This document shows, piece by piece, positions 55,159 through 64,000 of a stretch of DNA of 64,000 nt; the first letter of the stretch is position 1; every line of letters begins with the position of its first letter. The stretch comes from Thermoplasmatota archaeon (GTDB taxonomy: Archaea > Thermoplasmatota > Thermoplasmata > UBA10834), in NCBI GenBank assembly GCA_040751795.1, contig JBFMHR010000003.1, forward strand, positions 160,001-224,000. The letters run 5' to 3'. A program made the translations under genes and the position numbers. The notes beneath the pieces are model-generated. The model made no database searches. It worked only from the letters and a program-made list of their open reading frames with translations, and was not told the origin of the DNA.

Positions 55159-56124
55159 ATGACCATCGATGGGATCGTGTCTCCGCCGCCCGAGGACGGC
55201 GTTCAGGAGCTCGATGTCTTGATAATAGGCGCCGGCCCCGCCGGCCTGGCCGCCGGGATATACGCCCGCAGGGCCGGGCTCGGCTGCCTCGTCCTCGAGA
55301 AGGGCGTGCCGGGGGGCCAGGTCCTGACGAGCCCGATGATCGAGAACTACCCCGGGTTCCCCGAGATCCCCGGGATGAAGCTCATGGACCAGATGGCCGA
55401 GCACGCGCGGAGGTACGTCGACATCCGCGAGGGGGAGGAGGTCGTCAGGGTCAAGGGCGGCGAGAGGTTCGACGTGACCACGACCTCCGGCCGCTACTCC
55501 GCGCGCGCGCTCATACTCACCACTGGTTCGACGCACAGGAAGCTGGGCGTCAAGGGCGAGGAGGGCATGACCGGCCGGGGCGTGAGCTACTGCGCCACAT
55601 GCGACGGGTTCTTCTACAAGAAGCGCGAGGCGATAGTGGTCGGAGGCGGCAACACCGCACTTACCGACGCACTCTACCTGCACTCGATAGAGTGCAGGGT
55701 CTCGATCGTCCACAGACGCGATTCCTTCAGGGCGGACAGGCACCTCCAGGAGAGCGTGGCCGAGAGGAAGATACCAGTGCTGCTGGACACGGTCGTCGAG
55801 GAGATCGTCGGCGGAGAGAGCGTGACCGCGGTCAAGCTCAGGAACGTGAAGACGGGCGCGGTCGCAACGAGGCCGGTCGACGGCGTGTTCGTTGCGGTGG
55901 GGGAGATCCCCAGCAACCAGCTCGCCGTGGAGCTCGGCCTGGAGATCGACGAGGGCGGGTTCGTGGTGGTGGACAAGACCTTCAGGACGAACGTGCCGTA
56001 CGTCTACGCGGCGGGGGACCTATCGGGCGGGATACGGCAGATCGTGGCGGCCGTCCACGGTGGAGCCGCGGCGGCGCTGGCGTGCTTCGAGGACCTGACC
56101 AACCCGTACTACAGGCGGTCCTGA
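55159..56124 (+). CDS. trxB: Thioredoxin reductase
   Basis: IIGAGPAG, ENYPGF, GRGVSYCATCDG, GGGNTA, HRR, AAGD. Confidence 0.92.
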   Translation: MTIDGIVSPPPEDGVQELDVLIIGAGPAGLAAGIYARRAGLGCLVLEKGVPGGQVLTSPMIENYPGFPEIPGMKLMDQMAEHARRYVDIREGEEVVRVKGGERFDVTTTSGRYSARALILTTGSTHRKLGVKGEEGMTGRGVSYCATCDGFFYKKREAIVVGGGNTALTDALYLHSIECRVSIVHRRDSFRADRHLQESVAERKIPVLLDTVVEEIVGGESVTAVKLRNVKTGAVATRPVDGVFVAVGEIPSNQLAVELGLEIDEGGFVVVDKTFRTNVPYVYAAGDLSGGIRQIVAAVHGGAAAALACFEDLTNPYYRRS

Positions 56125-56125
56125 G

Positions 56126-57931
56126 TCACCTCTGGATGTTCTCGTCCAGGAACCCAGCGGTCCTGGTGAAGAGGTCGACCAGGTTCCTCCTCTTCCTCGG
56201 CCAGTGCCCCTCGTCCGGGTACTCGTGGTACGCGACCGTCCTGCCCATGCCCCTGAGCTTCTCGACGACGGCCCTCGACTCCGTAGGCGGGCAGCGGACA
56301 TCCCTCGCCGACGCGGTCATCATCAACGGGGCCTGGATCCGGTCGAGGTAGTAGGCGGGCGACCTCTCGCGCATGAAGTCCCTGTCCCTCACCGGGTCAC
56401 CCATCTTCTTCATATCGTAGGCCTTCAGGAAGCCCCGCTCCGTCGCCATCTCCGTCTCCCAGTCGAAGAACCCGACGATCGAGACCCCGGCCGCCCACAC
56501 CTCGGGGGCCTTGGTCATCGCGAGGAGGCAGAGGTATCCGCCGTAGCTTACCCCCCAGATGCCCACCCTGTCGTCGTCCACCATCCCCTCGTCAACGAGG
56601 TAGCTCCCGGCGAAGACCGTGTCCATGAGGTCGCCGCCTCCGAGGTCCCTGTCATGGAGGTGCAGGAACTCCCTGCCGTAGCCGGTCGATCCGCGGTAGT
56701 TCGGGAGGATCACGTGGAAGCCCATCATGGCCAGGATCTGGATTATCTGGTCCCACGAGTCGATGCTCTGCATCTCCGGGCCCCCGTGGGGCATCACGAC
56801 CCCGGCCCTCCTCCCCTTGCGTCTCGGTTCGAAGAGTAGCGCCGGGACGCGCCTGCCGTCGAACGACCTGTACCTGACGACCTTCGGCCGGACAAGCCAC
56901 CCGCGGGGCAGCTCCTTCCTCTGGAAGGAGGTGACCTTCTCGGGCCTCGAGGTGCGCGCGACGAAGACCTCCTCCGGCCTGACGGAGGAGCCGTTGACCA
57001 TGACCAGGCCGCTGCCGTCGGGCAGCCAGCGGGCCGATCTCGTGAACCCTTCCCTCGGGGAGACGACCTTCGTGGCCCTCCCCTCCTTGACCTTCAGCAG
57101 GACGCAGGGGTCCTCGATCTCGAGGTAGGCCAGCTTCCGCCCGTCGGGGGACCACTGGGGCGAGTGCTTCTCGTTCTTCGACCTCACGAGCCACCTGGAC
57201 CTCCCCGTGGCCATGTCGAGCGCGCCGACGTCGGACGCGTCGTTCTCGTTGGAGGTGAACAGGAGCCGGCGGCCGTCCGGGGACCAGGGGGATGCGGCTC
57301 CCCCCCAGCCGACCTCGATCCCGTACTCCACGCCCCTCTTGTGGAGGACGCGCCTGGCCTTCCCCTTCGCCACGTCCGCGACCGAGATGTAGTCCTCGTC
57401 CCCGATCCCCGTCCCGTAGGCGATCCTGGAGCCGTCCGGCGACCAGTCCAGTGTCCGGACGGGCAGCTCCTCGCGCGAGAGCTTCCTGACGCGCCTCCCG
57501 CCGATGTCGGAGACGAACAAGTTCTCGATGTCCCCGTCCCTGTTCGATATGAACGCGACCGTCTGGCCGTCCGGGGAGAAGCGTGGGCCCTGGTTGTCTG
57601 CCGCATCCTTCGTGACCCTCCTCGGCCTCCCGCCCTCCGCCGACACCACGAATATGTCGTGGTCCTCGTTGCCCTCGAAGTCGGCGTGGTACGCCACCTT
57701 GGTGCCGCAGGGCGAGTACTCCGGCGACATCAGCGACTGGCCGCCCGTCAGCAGGCCATTGGTCCTCCCGGAGCGGAGGTCCAGGGTGGCGAGCTCCCAG
57801 TTGTCGCCCGTGTTGATCGAGCAGACGGCCTTCGTGCCGTCGGGGTGGATGTCGTACTCCTGGATCTCGGTCGCCTCGAACAGTCTTTCGACGCCCGCCT
57901 TCCCGGCGTCGGTCTTCCTCTTCCCGGTCAC
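56126..57931 (-). CDS. S9 family peptidase (acylaminoacyl/dipeptidyl peptidase) with beta-propeller
   Basis: WSPDG repeats; HGGP; NYRGSTGYG; GVSYGG; D-VRC; DEGH; GTG start. Confidence 0.92.
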   Translation of the reverse strand: MTGKRKTDAGKAGVERLFEATEIQEYDIHPDGTKAVCSINTGDNWELATLDLRSGRTNGLLTGGQSLMSPEYSPCGTKVAYHADFEGNEDHDIFVVSAEGGRPRRVTKDAADNQGPRFSPDGQTVAFISNRDGDIENLFVSDIGGRRVRKLSREELPVRTLDWSPDGSRIAYGTGIGDEDYISVADVAKGKARRVLHKRGVEYGIEVGWGGAASPWSPDGRRLLFTSNENDASDVGALDMATGRSRWLVRSKNEKHSPQWSPDGRKLAYLEIEDPCVLLKVKEGRATKVVSPREGFTRSARWLPDGSGLVMVNGSSVRPEEVFVARTSRPEKVTSFQRKELPRGWLVRPKVVRYRSFDGRRVPALLFEPRRKGRRAGVVMPHGGPEMQSIDSWDQIIQILAMMGFHVILPNYRGSTGYGREFLHLHDRDLGGGDLMDTVFAGSYLVDEGMVDDDRVGIWGVSYGGYLCLLAMTKAPEVWAAGVSIVGFFDWETEMATERGFLKAYDMKKMGDPVRDRDFMRERSPAYYLDRIQAPLMMTASARDVRCPPTESRAVVEKLRGMGRTVAYHEYPDEGHWPRKRRNLVDLFTRTAGFLDENIQR

Positions 57932-57983
57932 CTGGTTCCCCTCTCGCCGAGAACGCCTCCCGGGGCAAAACACTTTTCCAGGG

Positions 57984-58772
57984 TCAGAGCCGCATCTGGA
58001 GCAGGTGTATGTCCGCCCCGTGCATCTCCTCTCGCACCAGGAGCCCGCGGTCCTCGAACCCGAACCGCCCGAACCAGGCGGCGGGGCCGTTCGGGAACAC
58101 GCCGTCGGTCGAGGCTGCTACGGAGACGGTGTCGAAGCCGAGAGGGCCGAGCTCGGAGAGGAGCCTCTCCGTCGGATGGGCCTTGTAGTCGTGCGCCTCG
58201 TCGGATGCGTAGACGCATGTCAGGAACGCGTCCTTCGGCCCCTTCTCCGGTATCGGGTAGGGCACGAGCCTGGACGGCAGGAACTCAGCGCCCCCGACGC
58301 ACCTCCCCTCCGCCATGTGGAGGTAGCCCAGGTGCGGCAGCCCTGAGTCCCCGATCATCTGCGCGACCCACTCAGCCTTGCCCCTGCAGAGCCCCGGGTC
58401 CGGGCTCCCGGCGCAGGTGTGGCACGTCGACAGGGCCGAATCGGGCGTGAGGGGCACGAGGTCCCCCCTCACCACGTCGCCGCCCTGCCTGACCGCGAAG
58501 GGCACTGGCCCGGTGTCCTCGTCGTCCAGCAGGGCGACCACCCTCTCGGACGAGAACGGGCCGTGTAGCCTGTGCCTGTCGTTGACGATGAGCATCTGCG
58601 GGGAGAACACCCTGTACTGCGCGCAGAGGGCGTCGTCGCCGGTGACATCATGGAGGTGGAGCGTGACGGACTCCCTCCAGGCGACGGTCTTGACCCTGGC
58701 CAGCAGGTACCCGTTGTGCGGGCACTGGTTGCCGAAGTAGAAGAACCTGAGGCTCCTGGGCACTTGGTCCAC
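57984..58772 (-). CDS. YoaP-like protein (thioredoxin-like QCP module + GNAT-like domain)
   Basis: YFGNQCPHN; KAEW; GGAEFLP; FLTCVY; GP..WF...GF. Confidence 0.5.
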   Translation of the reverse strand: MDQVPRSLRFFYFGNQCPHNGYLLARVKTVAWRESVTLHLHDVTGDDALCAQYRVFSPQMLIVNDRHRLHGPFSSERVVALLDDEDTGPVPFAVRQGGDVVRGDLVPLTPDSALSTCHTCAGSPDPGLCRGKAEWVAQMIGDSGLPHLGYLHMAEGRCVGGAEFLPSRLVPYPIPEKGPKDAFLTCVYASDEAHDYKAHPTERLLSELGPLGFDTVSVAASTDGVFPNGPAAWFGRFGFEDRGLLVREEMHGADIHLLQMRL

Positions 58773-58902
58773 GTCCTTGCGCCGCGACTATCGCAGGTGC
58801 GGCATACATGTCTTTCGGCTGCTGTGTCCGGGCACGTCCGGGAATGGCACAACCATTAACACCGCCGCCCGCGATGCGACGTGGCCAAGGGAGGTGAGGA
58901 GT

Positions 58903-59022
58903 CTGGTAAAGGGCAAGATGGGCAAGAAGTACCACTGCGACATATGCGGCCAGGAGGTCACCGTCACCAAGGAGGGCGTCGGTGTCCTCGTCTGCTGCAA
59001 CAAGCCGATGAGGGAACTCTGA
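58903..59022 (+). CDS. Stand-alone desulforedoxin-like FeCys4 miniprotein (start CTG 58903 or ATG 58918)
   Basis: KYHCDICGQEV.V.KEG.G.LVCCNKPM; strong GGAGGTGA RBS at 58890. Confidence 0.82.
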   Translation: MVKGKMGKKYHCDICGQEVTVTKEGVGVLVCCNKPMREL

Positions 59023-59043
59023 CGGGGCTGGAGAACCGTGGAG

Positions 59044-59138
59044 TGGGCCCGATCGGATTTGAACCGATGACCAACTGGTCACTCAGGGACAGGTGTCCCT
59101 TATGAGCCAATCGCTCCGCCGGACTAAGCTACGGGCCC
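59044..59138 (-). tRNA. tRNA-Ile2(CAT) with a canonical 37/38 intron (21 nt, 59080-59100)
   Basis: GGGCCCG acceptor typical of archaeal Ile tRNAs; CAT anticodon; BHB CTCA-TAA...TGAG-TGA; GGTTCAAATCC. Confidence 0.88.
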
Positions 59139-59213
59139 GTGCGGTCCCTCCTAAACGTCCGGCGTCTTATTATGATTTCTGGTCCGGAGCTCACACGCTG
59201 CAAGCCGCGCCAG

Positions 59214-59771
59214 TCAGTACTTGTACTTCCTCGCATCGACCTTCTCGACCTGCACGCCCAGGCCAAGGGTGACCCTGTTCAGGAAGTTGAAGTAGCTCGC
59301 GACGAGGTTCGCCCTGAGTATCTCCTGGTCGCTCAGCCCGGCGTCCCTGAGGTCCTTGATGTCGTCCTCGGTGACCTCCCTCGGGGCGAGGGTGAGCTTC
59401 GCGGCGTATGCGAGGAGCGCCTTCGTCCTCGGCGCCTCGTTCCTGCTGACGAACTCCGCGAGCATCTTGGTGAGCGCCTCGGGGTCCTCCTCGACCTTCT
59501 CGAGGGCCTCTGCGTGGTGGATCGTGCCGTAGGGGGACTTGTTCGCGGCCGAGACCATGACTGCTATCATCTCCCTCTCCTCCCTGGAGAGGGGGCCCTG
59601 GCCGAGCATGAGCTCGAGGTAGAGGTCGACCTGGTGGGCGAGCGCCTCAGGCTCCATGCCCTCGGCCACGAACACGTTGGCTATGTGCCCCCTCTTCTCG
59701 AGGATGCTTTCGTAGACCTGCTTCGTCCTCCCGTTGGCCTTCTTTGGGTCGACGGTCCTTATCCAAGTCAT
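59214..59771 (-). CDS. AhpD/carboxymuconolactone decarboxylase-like 'peroxidase-related' protein lacking cysteines
   Basis: MTWI start, LSREEREMIAVMVSAAN, YAAKLT, LRDAGLSDQEI, YFNFLNR..GLG. Confidence 0.8.
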   Translation of the reverse strand: MTWIRTVDPKKANGRTKQVYESILEKRGHIANVFVAEGMEPEALAHQVDLYLELMLGQGPLSREEREMIAVMVSAANKSPYGTIHHAEALEKVEEDPEALTKMLAEFVSRNEAPRTKALLAYAAKLTLAPREVTEDDIKDLRDAGLSDQEILRANLVASYFNFLNRVTLGLGVQVEKVDARKYKY

Positions 59772-59922
59772 CGTCTCGCGCTCCTGTCGCACTCCTCTGA
59801 TGAGCGGGCTTCGGTACGGACGACTGCCTCCTATAAGCCTTGCCATCCTGCATCTGGCCTGGTACCGCCGCCGACCAGCCCATCCCCTGGATATATATCC
59901 AGGGCACCGCCATACGAGCGCC

Positions 59923-60897
59923 GTGACGGAGAAGGGGAAGGCCGCGTGGTTCCTCGCCCTCCTGTCGCCTCTCACGGCGGAGGTCCTGTCGGGCTCCTCG
60001 CCCCCCCTCGAGTTCTTCGCGGGCATGGGCTTCCTCTTCCTGATTCCGATGTACGGCGGCGGCGCGCTCCTCGTCCGCGAGCTCTCGCTGAGGTGGGACA
60101 AGGGGTGGGCGACCGTCCTCCTGCTCGGCGCCGCCTACGGCATCGTCGAGGAGGGGATCGCGGTCAAGAGCTTCTTCGACCCCAACTGGGTGGACCTGGG
60201 CGACCTGGGCGCATACGGCAGGTTCCTGGAGGTCAACTGGGTGTGGACGGTGTGGCTCACGATCTTCCACACCGTCGTGAGCATCACCGTACCGATCCTC
60301 ATCCTGGAGCTCTGGTACCCCCGGACGAAGCGCCAGCCTCTGCTCACCCAGAGGCAGTTCACGCTGGTCGGCCTCCTCTACGTCGCCGACATCGCCGTCT
60401 GCGCCGTGATGTTCGTGTCGCTGCAGGAATACGTCCCGCCGCCCGTGCAGTACGCGGCCTGCTTCGCCGCCGTGTACCTTCTCTGCGTCGCGGCGAGGCG
60501 CGCCCCCAAGGACCTCGTCAGCGCCCGCCACAGGTCGCCCTCCTGGTCGCCTTGGAGGTTCCTCACGGCCGGGTTCGCGTTCATGCTCCTGTCCATGGTG
60601 TTCGGGATGGGCGCCCCCGAGTCGCTCCCGCCGGCCGTGACGATAACGGTCCTGCTGCTCATCTGCGGCGCGACCCTCCTGCTCCTGCAGCACAGGGTGG
60701 GCGCGGTCGGCAACTCCGCCCACAAGGCATACTTCGCCGCGGGCCTCCTCCTGATACTGATCATCGTCGCCCCGTTCCACGAGCTGGCCGGCATGATGGG
60801 CATGTCGGCCGTGGCCGTCGCGTTCGCTGTGTTCCTCATCCTGCTGATGCGGAGGGCGAGGGCGGCCGACCTGGCAGCCCGTGCGCACGAATCTTGA
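59923..60897 (+). CDS. Multi-pass membrane protein of unknown function
   Basis: About 9 TM helices; LSP..AE.L.GS, YG..EEG...KSFF motif; GTG start downstream of a TATA. Confidence 0.7.
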   Translation: MTEKGKAAWFLALLSPLTAEVLSGSSPPLEFFAGMGFLFLIPMYGGGALLVRELSLRWDKGWATVLLLGAAYGIVEEGIAVKSFFDPNWVDLGDLGAYGRFLEVNWVWTVWLTIFHTVVSITVPILILELWYPRTKRQPLLTQRQFTLVGLLYVADIAVCAVMFVSLQEYVPPPVQYAACFAAVYLLCVAARRAPKDLVSARHRSPSWSPWRFLTAGFAFMLLSMVFGMGAPESLPPAVTITVLLLICGATLLLLQHRVGAVGNSAHKAYFAAGLLLILIIVAPFHELAGMMGMSAVAVAFAVFLILLMRRARAADLAARAHES

Positions 60898-60905
60898 ACG
60901 GAGAA

Positions 60906-60981
60906 TGGCGCCGTCGAGCGGGTTCGAACCGCTGACCTTCCGCTTAACAGGCGGACGCTCTACCGACTGAGCTACGACGGC
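60906..60981 (-). tRNA. tRNA-Asn(GTT), encoded CCA
   Basis: GCCGTCG/CGACGGC acceptor; TCCGC-CTGTTAA-GCGGA; GGTTCGAACCC. Confidence 0.95.
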
Positions 60982-61079
60982 ATGCTGTGTGTCGCGCAGT
61001 TAACCTGACCGGTTAGATAAGCCTTTTGTCATGCTGCGCGGCGTGCCAGGTCCGGAGACGATGGGTCGGGGGCCGATGC

Positions 61080-61397
61080 CTACTCGATCGACTCCCGCAG
61101 CTCATTGACCGTGGAGCTCATGGTCTCGAGGATCTCCTTCAGGTGGTCCAGGAAGTCCTGGATCTTGTCCGTGGTCACGGCCCCGTCAGGGGATGGCTCT
61201 ATGAGCCCCTCCTGCTCGAGTATCCTGAGGGAGTAGCGCACCTTGTGCTGGGGGTAGTCCAGCATCTCGGCGAGGCGGATGATCCCTATGGGCTCGTTGT
61301 CCATGATCGCCTTGAGCATGGCCACGTGCCTCTGGAGTAGGTCAATCTCGGCTTCGATCTTGCTCGTGAGGACCGACTTGCCCGTCCTTCCCTTCAT
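61080..61397 (-). CDS. Conserved archaeal winged-helix protein
   Basis: RH..L......PIGI..LA......HKVRYSLR.LE..GLI.PS..GA pattern. Confidence 0.8.
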   Translation of the reverse strand: MKGRTGKSVLTSKIEAEIDLLQRHVAMLKAIMDNEPIGIIRLAEMLDYPQHKVRYSLRILEQEGLIEPSPDGAVTTDKIQDFLDHLKEILETMSSTVNELRESIE

Positions 61398-61541
61398 CGT
61401 GATTCCTTCCTGGGCAATCAGACACCGATTGTCGTGCTACATGATAGCATTTGAATGCCTTAAACCAGGCAGTTTGAACAACATCGGTTGTAGCTCGCTT
61501 GAAATCCTTGATATAACCACGAAGGGATAACTCAGGCCGCA

Positions 61542-62273
61542 ATGGCCGCTATCGAGGCACGCGAAGTGACGATGGATTTCGGCGGGATGAAGGCCCTCGA
61601 CCGCGTCAGCCTGGAGGTGGGGAAGGGCGACGTCTTCGGCTTCTTCGGCCCCAACGGCGCGGGCAAGACCACCCTGATCAGGATACTCACGGGCCAGCTC
61701 GAGCCGACCTCCGGCACGGTGAGCGTCCTCGGGGTCGACGTGGTCAAGGACCCCATCAGGGTCAAGGAGCTCGTCGGGATCGTCCCCGAGGTCGAGAGCC
61801 CCCCGACCTACCTGACCGCCTACGAGTACATGTACTTCGTCGGGAAGGTGCGGAAGCTGGACGGCCTCGAGGAGCGGATCGACAAGTGGCTCGCCTACTT
61901 CGACCTCGAGACCAAGAAGGGAACGATCTGCAAGGACATGTCCAAGGGCATGCGCCAGAAGCTGATGCTCGCGTCCGCGTTCATGCACGAGCCAGAGCTC
62001 CTGTTCCTGGACGAGCCGTTCATCAACCTCGACCCGATCTACCAGAAGCTCCTCAGGGAGTACATCGAGGAGTACGTGGCCAAGGGGGGCACGGTGTTCC
62101 TCTGCTCGCACATTCTGGAGATCGCCGAGCGCCTCTGCAACAGGCTCGCCATCGTCAACCTGGGCAAGGTGGCGCTGCAGGGGACCAAGGCCGACCTCGT
62201 CAAGGGGGACGAGGACCTCGAGCACGTGTTCATGCGCGCGATCGGAGGCGGTCTGATACGAAGACCCTCCTGA
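61542..62273 (+). CDS. ABC transporter ATP-binding protein (ABC-2 type)
   Basis: GPNGAGKTT, MSKGMRQK, FLDEP, CSH. Confidence 0.92.
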   Translation: MAAIEAREVTMDFGGMKALDRVSLEVGKGDVFGFFGPNGAGKTTLIRILTGQLEPTSGTVSVLGVDVVKDPIRVKELVGIVPEVESPPTYLTAYEYMYFVGKVRKLDGLEERIDKWLAYFDLETKKGTICKDMSKGMRQKLMLASAFMHEPELLFLDEPFINLDPIYQKLLREYIEEYVAKGGTVFLCSHILEIAERLCNRLAIVNLGKVALQGTKADLVKGDEDLEHVFMRAIGGGLIRRPS

Positions 62274-62278
62274 GGCTG

Positions 62279-63724
62279 ATGCTCAAGGAGGAGTTCAGGA
62301 GCCACGCCTCCTACTCCGGGCAGGAGCGCTTCCTGACCTTCCCCGTCTTCGTGTTCGTCATAGCGACGATCGTCGCCCTGACCCTCGACAAGACCCTGGA
62401 GACGGTGTCGCTCAGGCAGATGATGGAGTTCTCCCACCTGTCGGCGTTCATCTACGGCCTCAGCGTGGGCACGTTCGGGCTCATGGGCAGGCAGTACCTG
62501 GAGAGGCGCTACGGCAGGAGCAACTACCTCGTGGCCATGCCGTACATCCTCCCCCTGTCCTTCAAGACCACTTTCCTCGGGATCTACCTCAGGGACGCGC
62601 TGTTCTACCTGATACTGCTGCTCGTCCCGGCGACCGGGGGCCTCCTCGCGGCCGCCCCGGTCATGGGCTACTCCTACGTCAGCATCGGGCTCTTCTTCAG
62701 CGCGATACTCCTGACCTTCATGGTCGGCCTCTCCATGAGCTTCCTCGCCTCGGTCATGTACATCAGGGACAAGAGGTGGTTCGGCGCGTTCACGGCTGCC
62801 ATAGCGGCGCTCTTCGTGCTCCACGGCGCCTTCGGCCTGGTGCCACTGGAGGCCGTGCTGCCCCCGCTGGGGATGCAGATGAACGTGCGCCCGTTCGCCC
62901 TCGACGGCCCCGCCGCCCTCGCGTTCGCCGCGGCCTCCGTCGCCGAGGTCGCCGCGATGACCCTCTTGGCCTACTCGCTGGTCGAGGTGAGGATCAGCAT
63001 CACGTCGCAGTCGTACCCTGACCTCCTCCCGAGGTACCACGCCCGGATGGACTGGCTGAAGGGCATGGCCCGCACCCTCGTCGCGAAGGAGTTCGTCGAC
63101 CTGAAGAGGAGCGGGACCGTGGCCAAGATGTCCTTCTCCTTCGTCCTGCCCCTCCTGTTCCTCTCCTTCACGACCTGGTTCGTGAACTACGGCCTCGCCA
63201 TCCCGGTCGGGTTCAACACCGTCTTCTACGCGTCCATGGTGGGCTTCGTGGGGGTGATGATGTACAGCTGGCTGAACAACATAGACCTCGCCGAGTACTA
63301 CTCCCTCATCCCGGTCACCGTCCCCCAGCTCATCAAGGTCAGGGTCACGGTCTTCCTGGTCCTCACCCTCGGCATATCGGCGTTCTTCGTGGTCGGCATC
63401 TCGGTGCTCAACGACGAGGTCAGGTACCTGTGGCTCGCGCTCCTGGTGATGTTCGTCACATCCCTCTACATGGTCCTGGTGCTCGCCTACCTCACCGGCC
63501 TGAGGACCAACACGTTCCTCTTCGACACGAGCGTGCTGGCCAAGTTCAGCGTCATGTCCTTCCTGCCGGACGTGTGCCTCGTGATACTCTCCTTCACCCT
63601 GAAGACCGAGTGGACCTTCGCCCTCCTGGGCCTCGCCCTGGTCCTCTCCTCCATGTTCGTCACATCGATGATACTCTACAGGGGGATCGAGTCCAAGTGG
63701 GGCAGGTCGTCCTTCACTGAGTAG
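62279..63724 (+). CDS. ABC transporter permease-like multi-pass membrane protein (start uncertain)
   Basis: More than 10 TM helices directly after the ABC ATPase; internal twofold pattern (KEEFR / KEFVD). Confidence 0.75.
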   Translation: MLKEEFRSHASYSGQERFLTFPVFVFVIATIVALTLDKTLETVSLRQMMEFSHLSAFIYGLSVGTFGLMGRQYLERRYGRSNYLVAMPYILPLSFKTTFLGIYLRDALFYLILLLVPATGGLLAAAPVMGYSYVSIGLFFSAILLTFMVGLSMSFLASVMYIRDKRWFGAFTAAIAALFVLHGAFGLVPLEAVLPPLGMQMNVRPFALDGPAALAFAAASVAEVAAMTLLAYSLVEVRISITSQSYPDLLPRYHARMDWLKGMARTLVAKEFVDLKRSGTVAKMSFSFVLPLLFLSFTTWFVNYGLAIPVGFNTVFYASMVGFVGVMMYSWLNNIDLAEYYSLIPVTVPQLIKVRVTVFLVLTLGISAFFVVGISVLNDEVRYLWLALLVMFVTSLYMVLVLAYLTGLRTNTFLFDTSVLAKFSVMSFLPDVCLVILSFTLKTEWTFALLGLALVLSSMFVTSMILYRGIESKWGRSSFTE

Positions 63725-63777
63725 CGAAGCATTATCTCCGCCCTGGGCGGTTCCCTTGGCCGGAGGGCTTCTACACC

Positions 63778-64000
63778 ATGGATCGGGCCGTCATGTTCAG
63801 GAGGTTCCTGCACTGCCTGATGGCCCTCGCCCCGGCCTACTACTTCCTGCCGGTCGACGTGCCCGTGCTGGAGGTGCGGAGGTGGGTCCTCCTCGTGGTC
63901 TTCATCACGGCGGTGGTCCTCGTCGAGGTGGTCCGCCTGCTCATGGGGTGGGACTTCTTCGGGCTGAGGCCGCACGAGAGGAACCAGATCGCCTCGTTCG
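63778..64000 (+). CDS. Partial (3'-truncated) membrane protein, SEC59/DGK1/phytol-kinase-like
   Basis: MDRAVMFRRFLH...E..RL....FFGLRPHERNQIAS matches the R..H / R..E motifs of this family. Confidence 0.55.
   Translation, partial: MDRAVMFRRFLHCLMALAPAYYFLPVDVPVLEVRRWVLLVVFITAVVLVEVVRLLMGWDFFGLRPHERNQIASF

Noticed and set aside
59044-59138. Calling the CAT tRNA as tRNA-Met
   Set aside because: The GGGCCCG acceptor stem fits archaeal Ile tRNAs; it lacks the initiator A1-U72 pair and the three consecutive anticodon-stem G-C pairs
59795-59830. CTGATGAG as a hammerhead ribozyme core or C/D-box sRNA
   Set aside because: No matching GAAA core with stems and no downstream CTGA box; it sits in a divergent promoter gap

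Overview
High-GC archaeal chromosomal segment, most consistent with Thermoplasmatota. The evidence is BRE/TATA promoters, BHB-intron tRNAs, gyrBA, RAD55/KaiC and DUF835 proteins, many zinc-ribbon proteins, and an archaeal type IV pilus operon with two ATPases. It holds about 46 CDS (two partial) and 4 tRNAs: Thr-CGT with a D-loop intron, Phe-GAA, Ile2-CAT with an intron, and Asn-GTT. I saw no CRISPR array, transposase or prophage. The most striking locus is 12183-20778. It carries a bacterial DnaA-type AAA+ domain that lacks DNA-binding domain IV and is fused to archaeal DUF2226-like, zinc-ribbon and DUF835 domains. About 1.5 kb away lie two inverted ORB-like elements (one inside the thiC coding sequence) and an AT-rich patch, directly upstream of gyrB-gyrA, with no cdc6/orc1 in the window. 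Around it is a set of zinc-ribbon, coiled-coil, KaiC-like and surface proteins next to the pilus operon. Other notable items are HdrA with a cysteine-free MvhD domain, a probable Re-citrate synthase/LeuCD-type/IDH operon, a 1793-aa Lhr, and a compositionally foreign block inside a giant surface-protein gene. All calls come from manual motif recognition; no database searches were run.
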